From contig CM075988.1 of the NCBI GenBank assembly GCA_038087875.1, positions 10,542,001 to 10,606,000 on the forward strand: DNA of 64,000 nucleotides. The letters are read 5' to 3'. Origin of the DNA: Malacoraja senta. Its lineage: Eukaryota. Both the position numbers and the translations under genes were made by a program. The notes under the pieces are model-generated. The model ran no database searches. It was given only the letters and a program-made list of their open reading frames with translations, and was not told the DNA's origin. Positions 36,996-48,200 of this stretch are shown here, in pieces (the stretch's first letter is position 1; each line of letters starts with the position of its first letter).

Positions 36996-37857
36996 ATAAA
37001 GGTATTGTGTATCTTATTGTTTTTTACTTAGAATTGTTTATGATTAATATAGAAATGAAAGATTTGTCAAGTAAAAGTTGGCTGAAAGGAAAAACTATGA
37101 GTGCTGTTGGAAATAGTTTGGCATTTGATCAAGGTTAAATCAAACAAGTACCTTCAGCTGTAATATGTTTGCCTTTCATGATTAACATCCAAAGGGTTTT
37201 GTTTTAAGTGTTGCTGTTCAGTGTAAACTTACATATTTGGTCCTTAATGTTCTTGGGCAGAAATCCAGAGACGTGATTTAACAATGTGGAAACATGAGTC
37301 TAAATTCATCACAGCAGGTAGGGAATTTAAATTCAAACATTTGAATAAATCTGGAATAATAAAAATTTAGGGAAAATGATTTATTCGTGAAACGTTTGGA
37401 CATGGAGCTACCAAATTGTCAGTAAATATTATCTGATTAATTGAAATGGGCAGGGAAGGAAACCTTATGCAATTTAGCTTAAACTTGATGTCAGACCCTT
37501 TGCAATATAATTGAGTGTTAACTCTTCAGTTCAGGACCAGTGTGGAGTGGGATATGAAGTCTAGGCTTGCATCAAATTTTGGATGCTTTTATGTGGAGAA
37601 GTGATATATATATATATTTTTTTGAGATGTTGGTATCAATTGCTGCTCAGAAAATGATTATGAGCTGAAAGTCTAATGTCAGCAACAGGGTAGAAGTGGG
37701 TCAGAAAGTTTTCAAGTTAATGGAAGGACTGTTCAGAAAACTGATAACAAAGGTAACAAAGCTGTTTAATTTAGTTCAGCATAGTTTGGAGATACAGCGT
37801 GGAATCAGGGCCATTGGCCCACTGAGTTAGCGCTGATCAGCGATTCACACACACTAA

Positions 37858-39895
37858 AACCCCTGTCTCACGGTGCGAGCTGACCCACGAGGTACCCCGA
37901 GCTTAAAACAAAGTTAACTCGTGGTAATCACGTATGATTAACCTAGCGGGAACGTCGGAACTCGTGGACGCAACTTAGCGACTCTTGGCGCTAACGGCAG
38001 GTACCCGTGACACTTGTTAACTCTTGGAAAAATTCAAACATGTTTAAACTTTTCCACGAGTAAAATGTACTCTTCAGTTTAAAAATTGAAACATTTAAAC
38101 ATGTTGTAAGAACGCAGTGGCCCGTGCGTTTACCTTAGTGACTCGTGAGTCTACCGTGGGAACTCTTTAACTCAGCGGGCAGGCAGCATCTCTGGAGAGA
38201 AGGAATGGGTGATGGGATGACATTTCCAAATTGGGGGGAGTGGGGGGTTGGAGCAGGGGGGGGGGGGTGGAGGAGAGAGGGTGGAGAGTGGAGGGAGAGG
38301 AGGGGGAGACAGATGAGGGTGTCTTCATTCACTAGCGGCGGGTGCCGGTCACTGAAACAGGCAGGTGAGATTTCACATCCACCTTGTGTGTGTGTGTCTC
38401 TCTCTCCCTCCCTGCCTCTCACACAGGATGAGAGACTCTGCCTCTGTGAGTGTACGTCTCTTTCTCCCCCTCTCCCACACACAGTAAGACCAAGGTAAGT
38501 CCATCTGTGTAAGTCCATCTGTGTCTCCCACATACACAGTAAAACTCTGCTTTGTGTGTATATACGTCTCCCCCCATTTTTCTCTTTCTCCCCCCCACCA
38601 CCTCTCTCTTTCTCCCCCCCACCTCTCTCTTTCTCCCCCCAAACACAATAAGACCAATGTATTCTGCTTCGTCTCTCTTCGCTCCCACACACACAGATAG
38701 ACCGAGGTCCTGTGCGCTCTTTCTCTCTCCCCCACAGTCACGCTGAAGTACACCACACTGCCTCTGTGCCTCTCTCTCTCTGTCCCTCTCCCCTCTCTCC
38801 TTCATACACAGTCAGAGGTCCACACTGTCTCTGTGTCTCTCTCTCCCCTACACACACACACACACACAGACTGAGGTACACACTGCCCGTTGTGTGTGTG
38901 TGTCTGCCTCTGTTTCTCTCTCTCCCACACACACAGTTAAAGGTACTCCACGCTGCCTGTGTGTGTGTGTCTCTCTCTCTCTCTCTGTCCCACCCCCCAC
39001 ACCCACACACAGTCAGTCAGTCAGAGGAACTCCACACTGTGTGTGTGTGTGTGCGCCTCTGTCTCTCCCTATCACAGTCAGAGTGAGGTACTCCCCCCGC
39101 AGTCTCTCCGGGCAGGGTGCATCTGCCTCCCTCAGGCTGCCCAGGCAGTCAGACATGACTCCGGTGGCGGGCTCCATGCACAGCTCCTGCCGGCCGGCTG
39201 GGAGCGGCGACGGAGGACAGGGGGAAGTTGGCCACCAGCGGGGCAGTCTCAGCTCCCCATGCAGTCCAAGTCTCGCTGGATCCTCGTAATCCTCTGCCTC
39301 TGTCAAATGGGTGAGTTTAACCTGAACCCCCCCCCCCCAACCTCCCTCCACCTCAACTCACGCCTGGGCACCAAAGCAGCTCAGGAGGCGAACCCTGAGC
39401 TCCGTCTCCCAACAATCTGATGTGCGCATCCGTGCACATTCAAAGATTTCATCTCCAGTCTCCCCGCAGTGTGTAGACCTGGCAGTAAATGCAATTAAAA
39501 TATAGCAAACCTCCGCCTGTTGGTCTTCTAACTACATGATGTGTGTTTCAAACAAATCATCAGTATAACTGCTCTGGCACATTTTCCCTTTGTAGGTCAC
39601 ATCAATAGATGCGGCTGCGCTGAATTCTATCTTTAATTCAAAGCCGCAGGATGGAGATGTTGCTTATTAAAACAGACCTTCATTCACGTTTGGCTCAAGA
39701 GTAACTCGGGAAAGGAACTTGTTAACTCGGGAGACGAACTTGGAACATCGCAGAAATGACAGTTAACGGCAAACTTGAGTCATACCCGTGGGAACTCGGT
39801 TAAACTCTTGATCATACACTTGGAATCTCGTGCACAACCACGAGTCTTTCACTCGGGGTACCTCGTTGGTCAACTCGCACCGCGAGACAGGGCTT
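37858..39895. mobile_element. Non-autonomous PIF/Harbinger-like transposon, ~2 kb, with cargo
   Basis: ~45-bp TIRs (aacccctgtctcacggtgcgagctgacccacgaggtaccccgag / ctcggggtacctcgttggtcaactcgcaccgcgagacagggctt); exact TAA TSD at 37855-37857 and 39896-39898; subterminal aactcg(t/g) repeats. Confidence 0.85.
38380..39090 (+). repeat. Complex (CT)n/(CA)n/(GT)n minisatellite inside the transposon
   Basis: Recurrent unit ...tctctccccacacacagt.agaggt.ccacactg.gtgtg... Confidence 0.8.
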
Positions 39896-41334
39896 TAACA
39901 CCATCCTACACACACTAGGGACAATTTACAATTTTACCAAGTCAATTAACCTACAAACCTGTACATCTTTGGAGTGGGGGAGGAAACCCACGCAGGTCAT
40001 GGGGAGAATGTACAAACTCCATACAGACAGCACCCATAGTCAGGTTTGAAATCGGGTCTCTGGCGCTCTAAGGAAGCAACTCTGCCACTGCACCACCATT
40101 TCTGAATCTAGTGGTGTGAGGAGCTTCTATATCTTCTGTCGGACAAGAGCGATGAGAAGAAGGAATGATGGGCTGGGACAAGTCAAATTATGTTGGCTGC
40201 TTTACCAAGCCACATGAAGTGTAGAGGGAGACCAATGGCCTTGATTGAATCCAGTGCTTTCAGGCCATTTCTAGAAAACACGTGCAGTGAATTGAATTAG
40301 CTGAAGGCTGTGAGGGTTGTTGTGATGGTTGTTATTAAAAGTACCCTTCCTCTAACACAATGAGATCTTTTATGTCTCCTTCATCATGAGCCTTTGGATT
40401 AATACGACATCCACAAGGCAGCAAGTGAGTAATTGGCAACGTCTCCAAAATTCAAATCCTCACAATGGGATTAAAACCCTCAATAAAACGAGAGAACTAG
40501 CTGAATGGTTTATAAGGAAGGACAGAGATGGAGACAAAGAGTGCTTAAAAATAAGGAATGGTCAGAGAATTTGTGGAGGAACAGAAATGATTAAGCAGCA
40601 GAGGTGATAATTCTTCATGCCTGAAGGACATTCTTTAACAGATGCTGACAGATTTACTACATTTGTGACTGTATATTTTTTTCAATTTCCAACATCAGCA
40701 GAATATTTTTTCTTCTAACTTTAACTAAAGAATTACTAGTTTCTCTATCACGGATGTAACTCGGCTGTTCTCGAATATCCATTAAAAAAAAACGTTTCCA
40801 CATTGCAGTGTCAATAGGTTGCAATATATCTGGACCTAATGTTTACAAAGGATTGAATTATCAGATTTGACGGAATGACAAAATGCCTTGTCACAATTCT
40901 CCTTGCGCATGCTAATATGCAGCAGATGTAGTGCAGGAAGAAAATAATGCAGAACACCCTCATTACCTCCAATTATTCAATTCTTGTTTTAATTATAAAA
41001 CTCAGATTCATTATAATGCAATCATCTGAGGTTTAGGTTTATTTGACTTGCTGATAAATGCATTAGTCAGTCAGGGAGTTGAGTTTAATTTACAGAAAGC
41101 AATGCTTCAAAACAAAACTATTCCACTTGCTTCATTAAGACTTCTTGATAATACTATACTTCAGCACTGGGCTTAATCTCCTGATGTGCAGAGACTTTCT
41201 GTCATTGAGACCTGGAGAGATGTGTGGAGGAATGATGTCTTAATTCTTTGGCTCACAATACACTGGCCACCCTTATGACACGGAATCAATGTCAATTGTA
41301 CTATTGTCTTCATATTATATTTTAGCAAAAAAAG

Positions 41335-42905
41335 ACCAAAGTGCTGCAGCATTTCAGTGGATCAGCCAGCATTTCTGGTGAATGTGGATCAGTGACATTT
41401 CGGGTTGGGACCCTTCTTCAGACTGATAGTGGTGGGGGCGGGGGGGTGAGAAGAAAGCTGGAAGAGAGGAGAGGAAGGACAAAGCCCGGCAAGTAATAGG
41501 TTGATACAAGTGAGAGGAGGTGGGTTAGGAACATAGAAACATAGAAATATAGAAAGATAGATGCAGGAGTAGGCCATTCAGCCCTTTGAGCCAATGTGAT
41601 TCAATATGATCATGGCTGATCATCTAAAATCAGTACCCAGATCCTGCTTATTCCCCATATCCCTTGAATCCTTTAACGCTAAGAGCTAAATCTAACTCTC
41701 TCTTGAAAACATCCAGTGAATTGGCCTCCACTGCCTTCTGTGGCAGAGAATTCCACAGATTCACAACTCTCTGGGTGATTTTTTTTCCTCATCTCAGTCC
41801 TAAATGGCCTTCCCCTTATTCATAAACTGTGACGCCTGGTTCTGGACTCCCTCAACATCAGGAACATTTTTCCTGCATATAGCCCGTCCAATCCTTTAAT
41901 AATTTTATATGTTTCTATAAGATACCCTCTCATCCTTCTAAATTCCGGTGAATACAAGTCCAGTCGACCCATTCATTCATTATATGTCACTCCCACCATC
42001 CCGGGAATTAACCTGGTGAAGCTACGCTGCACTCCCTCAATAGCAATAATGTCCTTCCTCAAATTAGGAGACCAAAATCGCACACAATACTCCAAGTGCG
42101 GACTCACCAGGGCCCTGTACAATGGCAGTAGGACCTCGGTCGATACAAAATACTGGAGTAATTTAGCAGGTGAGGCACTCCTTGCTCCTGAACTCAAATC
42201 CTCTCGTAATGAAGGCCAACATGCCATTAGCTTTCCTAACTGCTTGCTGTACCTGCATACTTACTTTCAGTGACTGATATACAAGCACACCCAGGTCTCG
42301 ATGCACCTCCCCTTTTCCTAATCTGACATAATTCAGACACCACTCAATCTGCTTTCCTGTTCTTGCCACCAAAGTGGATAACCCCACATTTATCCACATT
42401 ATACTGCATCTGCCATGCATCTGCCCACTCACCCAACCTACCCAAGTCACCCTGCAGCCTCAGCATCCTCATCGCAGCTCACGCTGTCACCCAGCTTTGT
42501 GTCATCCGCAAACTTGGAGATGTCACATTTAATCACCTCGTCTAAATCTTTAATATATATTGTAAATAACTGGGGTTCCAGCACCGAGCCTTGCGGCATC
42601 CCACCAGCCACTGCTATGGTTGATACTCAGATGATTAGACAAGGCCGAGGGATGAAAAGACAGAAGGTGTGAGACAAAAGGATTGTTAATTGTAAATCTA
42701 AAGGAAGTAATGTCAGTGGAGTGGGTCGGGGAGGGGAGATATAGATGCAAGTCCAGGTGAGGCCTGCTGGAGAGCACGGGTGGAAGATGGAGGAAGGATG
42801 GGGAGAATGAGGAGGAGGAAATTGGAGAATTCAATATTGGTACTGCTGGGTTGTACGTTAACCAGGCGGAACACGAGATGCTGTTCTTCCAGTTTGCGTT
42901 TCACC
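41335..42905 (-). mobile_element. Penelope-like element 3' remnant (GIY-YIG C-terminus + terminal repeat + hammerhead), interrupted by a CR1
   Basis: 42904-42820 encodes KRKLEEQHLVFRLVNVQPSSTNIEFSNF, resembling the PLE endonuclease C-terminus; purine-rich terminal repeat on both sides of the CR1; ctgaagaagggtcccaacccgaaatgtc at 41391-41426. Confidence 0.7.
41530..42612 (-). mobile_element. CR1 RT 3' fragment
   Basis: (catagaaa)n tail; decayed GMPQGSVL, FADD, HLEYCV motifs. Confidence 0.9.
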
Positions 42906-43764
42906 TCATTAACTTTTATTTGTTACCATAGAAAAAATGTTAACATTTCTTCAATGTGTGTTCCAACTTGAAGTTCTCTCCAAAATAATGAGAAGTATCT
43001 TTTTCTGAATATTTATGGAAGACATCTTACAATTCTAATGTCACACAATTTAACGTGAAAAAATGTGTTCAACTTCAAGTTTGAGTTTTGTTAGTATGCC
43101 GTCTTGAGGCATTTAAACTTACCCCTTGTGATTTCCAATTTGTTAAAATGGAGTAAACCATCAATATGTACCTTATGCATCATCTTTTAGTTATTTGATT
43201 CTGTTAGGTCACTTTGAATCAAGTAGAAGGTATAGAGACCAAGGTGTTTAATCTATCTGGGTAGATTTTTTTTTTAAGCACATATTCATTCCACTACTCT
43301 GCCAGACTATGTTCATGGGTCTGTGTATCAACTATCATGTGGGAAATAGGAGGGTGGGGATCAAAACTCGGCAATCTTTACTAACATGTGTCTGGGTAAC
43401 GATCTCTGGCGTGATTCGATCTGGGGAAGTAATCCAATATTAACTGCAATCCTGCAGAGAAAAGGTTTAGATTTCAAAGCCTTTTTAAAAATTCACAGAA
43501 ATAATGTTGATAATACTTTTCTCATCTGTATGACCTCCTCAAAAAATGTAAATAATTTAAAGAATAGATTGACTTTTGATAGAGTCAGATGTGCTGTTAC
43601 CACACCCAGTTGCTTCATGGTGTTATCGCTCTAATGTCTAAGAATTTTTCATGGTTTGAGTACAACAAACATTTTTCTTCATTTGATCGCTTTTTGTATG
43701 GTTTCTTCTAATCAATATTGTCCACCAAATATGCATTATCAGATTTATCTATTTCAAAGGGCAA

Positions 43765-43950
43765 ACGGATACAAAGTGCAGGAGGTCAGGCAACATCTCT
43801 GGGAAATGTGAATAGGTGCAGTTTCAGGATGAGACCTGACCTGAAATGTCACCTATCCATGTTCTCCAGTGATGCTGCCTGACCTGCTGAGTTACTCCAG
43901 AATTGTGTGTCCTTTTGCATATTAGTCAGCATCTGCAGTTCCTAGTTTCT
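43765..43950. repeat. Fold-back Penelope-terminal repeat pair (decayed)
   Basis: ggtcaggcaacatctctgg...gtttcagg / cctgaaatgtcacc...gatgctgcctgacc. Confidence 0.65.
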
Positions 43951-44326
43951 ATAATTTTAAAGGGTATTTTAAAGGGTCCATTCCTCTAATTTGTGCTGGA
44001 TGTGATTGTTCCACTTCAACATGTGACACTTGGCAGTGTGTTATCTGCTAATTTAGTTCCATGCTCCCAGAACTGCTGTCAGTTCAATAATGAAGACCGC
44101 GAGGTGTAGTAAGAGACTTGATCCTTCGAACTACTGTACGTCATTAGTGGCATCTTTCCAAACTGAACCACACATCAATGTGAACTTTTCTTGGCTGCAT
44201 GATTGAAGCTAATTCACAATCCATCATTTCAAATTTCCACAGATATTGCTAGATTCCATCTTGGGGAGTATCTAGTAGTAGCTCAAATCCTGCAGAGAAA
44301 AAATTCAAAGTTCATAGGCTCTGTAA

Positions 44327-44908
44327 AGGCTCTGTCTTACCTGTTTGCGGTCATCGGCGGTGAAGCGCGGCGTTGCCAGTAGCGGGGACCGCGCGGCAAC
44401 GGCGAGAGCGCCGAGCCTATCCACGGGAGTGCCGCACGGATGCTGCGCGGGGGCCGAGTAATTCAAACACGGCGGGTCACACGTGCTTGCGGTATGTAAA
44501 AAAAAGGGCGGGCCGACTGCGATGACGTCGGCCCGCCGCACGTGACTCACGAGCGGCGGCTGTGGCGGCGGCCATCCTGATCGCGGCGCTGTAGCGGTGG
44601 CTGTGACTGCGGCCGTGCCGCACACGTGCCTCACTAGCGGAGGCTGTGGCAGTGGAAGTTTGATGCACGGCGCTCGAGCCACACTGGCGGCGGCCCGTGC
44701 GAGCGGCCGTGCCGCACTTGTGCATCACTGGTGGAGGTTGAGCGGTGAGTATATAGTTTTCGACATTGTCGATTTTATTTTAGCACCGTGCGGTGTTGGG
44801 AACACCGCCGCACGGCCCTGGAATTGTACGTTCTCACGAGTGCGCGGTCTATGGCGGCAGATTCTTCCCGTTTCGCCGCCAATGACCGCAGACTCGTGAG
44901 ACAGGCCT
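44327..44908 (-). mobile_element. CpG-rich Harbinger-like MITE, copy 2 (inverted)
   Basis: aggctctgtcttac...gtgagacaggcct with TAA/TTA flanks; reverse complement of copies 1 and 3. Confidence 0.9.
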
Positions 44909-45094
44909 TTAAATGTTCACTAAAATAATGTCGAGAATGAATTCCTCATCTGTGTGACCTCTTCAAATATAACTTGTAAATTATTTTAAAATATGATCCC
45001 TTTGTTGTAAGATGTGATGTGGAGTTATATTTGCATCTTCCCTCCTCTGAGTTAACCTCAGGGACTTTTCAAATGATCCTTTCTAGTAACTTAT

Positions 45095-45285
45095 AAGACT
45101 GTGGAGGCCAAGTCAATGGATATTTTAAGGCAGAGATAGAGATTCTTGATTAGTATGGGTGTCAGGGGTTATGGGCAGAAGACAGGAGAATGTGGTTTGG
45201 AGGGAGAGATAGATCAGCTATGATTGAATGGCGGAGTAGATTTGATGGGCCAAATGGCCTAATTCTCCTCCTATCACTTATGAAA
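45095..45285 (+). mobile_element. CR1 3' end
   Basis: gtggaggccaagtcaatggatattttaagg...gatgggccaaatggcctaattctcctcc. Confidence 0.7.
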
Positions 45286-45819
45286 TGAAGTTTGCGGTAA
45301 TGGAGATGAATTTGATTGTATGGATTTAAAAGAATAGCATCTGAACCTGAAGCCTTATCAAATTTGAGCTTCCTTATTCTATCCAATATAATAAATAATC
45401 TGCTTTAAAATGAACAATTTCATTCTTCTGCATTGTCCCGCTCTGGTGATGGAGACCCAGGAGACTGGAGATGCTGCAGTCATCACCACTCTGGTGATGT
45501 CTCTGTTCTAAAGCACCATTCTTCTTTTCATATCCATGTGAGACCTCGTCCCTCTTTAAAATCTCTCCTGTTCTAGTCCTTTGTAACTTCAGCACTATTC
45601 AGATTTTGACCTCTCGTGCAACCTTGGTTTTAATGAAATAATTGCTCTAAGCCTCAGCAGATTTGCCCCCGATTATTTCTCCACCTTCGTTCCAGAGTCC
45701 CTGTACACCTATTTCTTTGAACAAGCTTTTGGTCATCTGTCTTTGCTTATTTTTGTGGAGGGCCTTGGACTGTTATACTATTGTAAAAAGATTAACTAAA
45801 TTAACGTTGTTGTCACATT

Positions 45820-46185
45820 TGGGCAGCATCTGTGGAGAGAAAGGATGTGTCTTGTTTCAGTTCGGGACCTTTCTTCAGTCTCTGAAGAAGGTTCCCGACC
45901 CAAAACGCTACCCATCCTTTTTCTGCAGAGATGCTGCCTGATCCGCTGAGTTACTCCAGCACTTTGTGTCTATCTTTGGTCTAAACCAGCATCTGATTTG
46001 TTCTTTTCATGCTTTTTAATCTTTTTTTCTTTGTACCTTTTCATACCTCTAGTTTCCCTCCCCTGACTCTCAGTCTGAAGAAGGGTCTGGACCCAAAATC
46101 TCACCTATTCCTTTTCTCCAGAGATGCTACCTCACCTACTTTGTCACTCCAGCATTTTCTGTCTATCTGCAGTTCCTCTGTACAC
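45820..46185 (+). repeat. Two tandem Penelope-terminal/hammerhead repeats preceded by an inverted arm
   Basis: ctgaagaaggttcccgacccaaaacgc (~45882) and ctgaagaagggtctggacccaaaatc (~46075). Confidence 0.7.
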
Positions 46186-46732
46186 ACTTGTCACATTTGT
46201 AGCTTGGGAATTCAAATGAACTCCAGTAACGGAGCATTAGCATATGAAGTTCCTCTTAACATATGCAGCTCAGAGTTGTGTAATGCAAAGGGATGGATTC
46301 TGTCTCCCAATGTTACCTTATTTGCAAGGTCTACATTGGATTGTTGCCTTGGAGAAGAATGTGAATATGCTAGACTTTCATAACAGTGAAAGAGGCAAAA
46401 TCCTTGGGCATCTCATCCTTGGCTGTTGTTACACACCTTCTGTTTGTTGGTAATGGTGCAAAACTGGCAAAGAACAGAGAACAGATGTATGTCATTTTAC
46501 TTCGGAGTCACGTGAGTGACTACGTGAAGAAGACCCCGTCCAGCCACACATGCATCATTATCGATCAGACGCATAGCATTCATGACCGTGTGTGGAGGAG
46601 CAGCAGCTCCTCCAGGCAGTGAGTAAAGCAAATTTAAAGTAAAAATCGGACAAGGTAAGTGGTTTCGTTTTTACTTACAGGGCGCTTTTCTTCCCGCTCA
46701 GACGTGTTGGCAAAGGTTCACACAAACTCAGA

Positions 46733-48200
46733 ATGGAGAAAGGGCGTAGGGGAAGGAGAGGCCAGGGACGCACCGCAGGTAAACCCCCCGATGCTAAGGG
46801 TAGCGGGCGTCAGGAAGAGGAGGCAGTGGCATCAAAGCCATCAACTCCCGTTACGGTCGAATGTGTCGTTAAACCGCTGGCGGCGGGGCGCAAGGCAGGA
46901 CAAACGTCGGCCCGACCTGTAGACTCGGATGAGTCAGACCCGGAGGTATACCCTCCTGCAGCAGAAAACGTTATGGCTGCAAGGGTCGCCAGTTTAGACC
47001 TCCTGAAGGGGAATGATTTACAAAGAACCCCACAGGAGGAATCAGGTCGGTGTTGGCCAATGGAGGATACAGCACAGGGTGTGCCTTGGTTGGGACAGGC
47101 ACAAGGGTGGCCCACAGGAGAGCCATCAGAAATGACTGTGCAAAGTTATTACAGTGGTTGGCCTACAGGAGAGCCAGTGCCAGAACTGCCTGAAAAAAGG
47201 CAGTATATGTGCTGGCCTACTGAAGAGCCAGTACCAGAAATGTCTCAAAAAAGACAGTCCAAACGTACTTATGTGCCAGCACCGAAAGTTCCTAAAAGGG
47301 AAAAATATGAAGCGTTGGCCTAGAGTTGAGCCAGCGCCAGCAGCACCTGAAACAGGGCTGCTTATCCGTGGGCCTATAAGAGAGCCCGCGCAGGGGGAAT
47401 CTGGCATAGACTTACCTGAAACAGGGGAGCCAGAATTTACCCAACCTGAAGAGGAACATCTAGATTCAGAAGATGAATTCTATGAGGATGAGAGCCCATT
47501 ATCAGAGCTGAAAGTTCCTGGACTAGCACAAAAGTTTGCTGTTCCTAGAATAAAAGGGGAACCTTTGAGGGATGAAATAGCAATGACTATAAATTATCTA
47601 CTCTCCCATCAGCTCCAGGAAGTAACTATGGATGAGACTATGAAACAGTATGAGCCTCGGAGAATTGTGAATTGCTGACAGTTCCAGCAGTGAATAACTT
47701 GATATGGGGTTATTTGAGCTTTGGTTTACGCTCACAAGAGTTGAAATTGCAACATGTATTGAAATTGCTGGGGTCAGGCATCACGGCATTTGCCAGAGGA
47801 TTGGATGATGAGTTTGTATCAGATTCACAACAAGATGCTTTAGCACTGATGTGTGGTGCGCACTTTGAAATAAATTGTATTCGTAAAAATGCAATAAGAC
47901 CAAATATTCATCCTAAGTATGCAGGGCTCTGCAAACCAACCAACATACAAATGCCTAAATCTACTGTTTGGAGAGTTTAAAAAAAAAAAAAAAAAAAAAA
48001 AACCTGAGTGGTATGATGATGCGACCACCAATGCTGAGCAGAGCAGTGCGAAGGCAGTATCCCTACAGGCGGAATGCTGGTGCTGGAGAAGGAACAAGTC
48101 GATCATTCTCATATACACGTTGGCGTGATGCACCGGGGATACGTGGAGGTTACAATATGCCTACCAGAAGGGGACAACAATGGCCGGTGGCAAACCCCGA
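46733..48200 (+). pseudogene. DIRS gag-like ORF1 (frameshifted)
   Basis: WPTGEP repeats; GEPL...IA..INY...HQLQE.TMDET; AHFEINC.RK blocks, all shared with the second DIRS. Confidence 0.7.

Larger units (their letters stand above)
37765..40100 (-). mobile_element. V-SINE split by the DNA transposon at 37858-39895
   Basis: SINE 3' part at 37765-37857 continues at 39896 (cacac-taa-caccatcctacacacactagggac). Confidence 0.8.

Noticed and set aside
38135..39086. Multiple overlapping ORFs in the CT/CA-rich region
   Set aside because: Low-complexity minisatellite translations
47979..48002. Poly(A) as the tail of a processed pseudogene
   Set aside because: No TSD or upstream mRNA-like sequence; it lies within DIRS gag and is probably slippage
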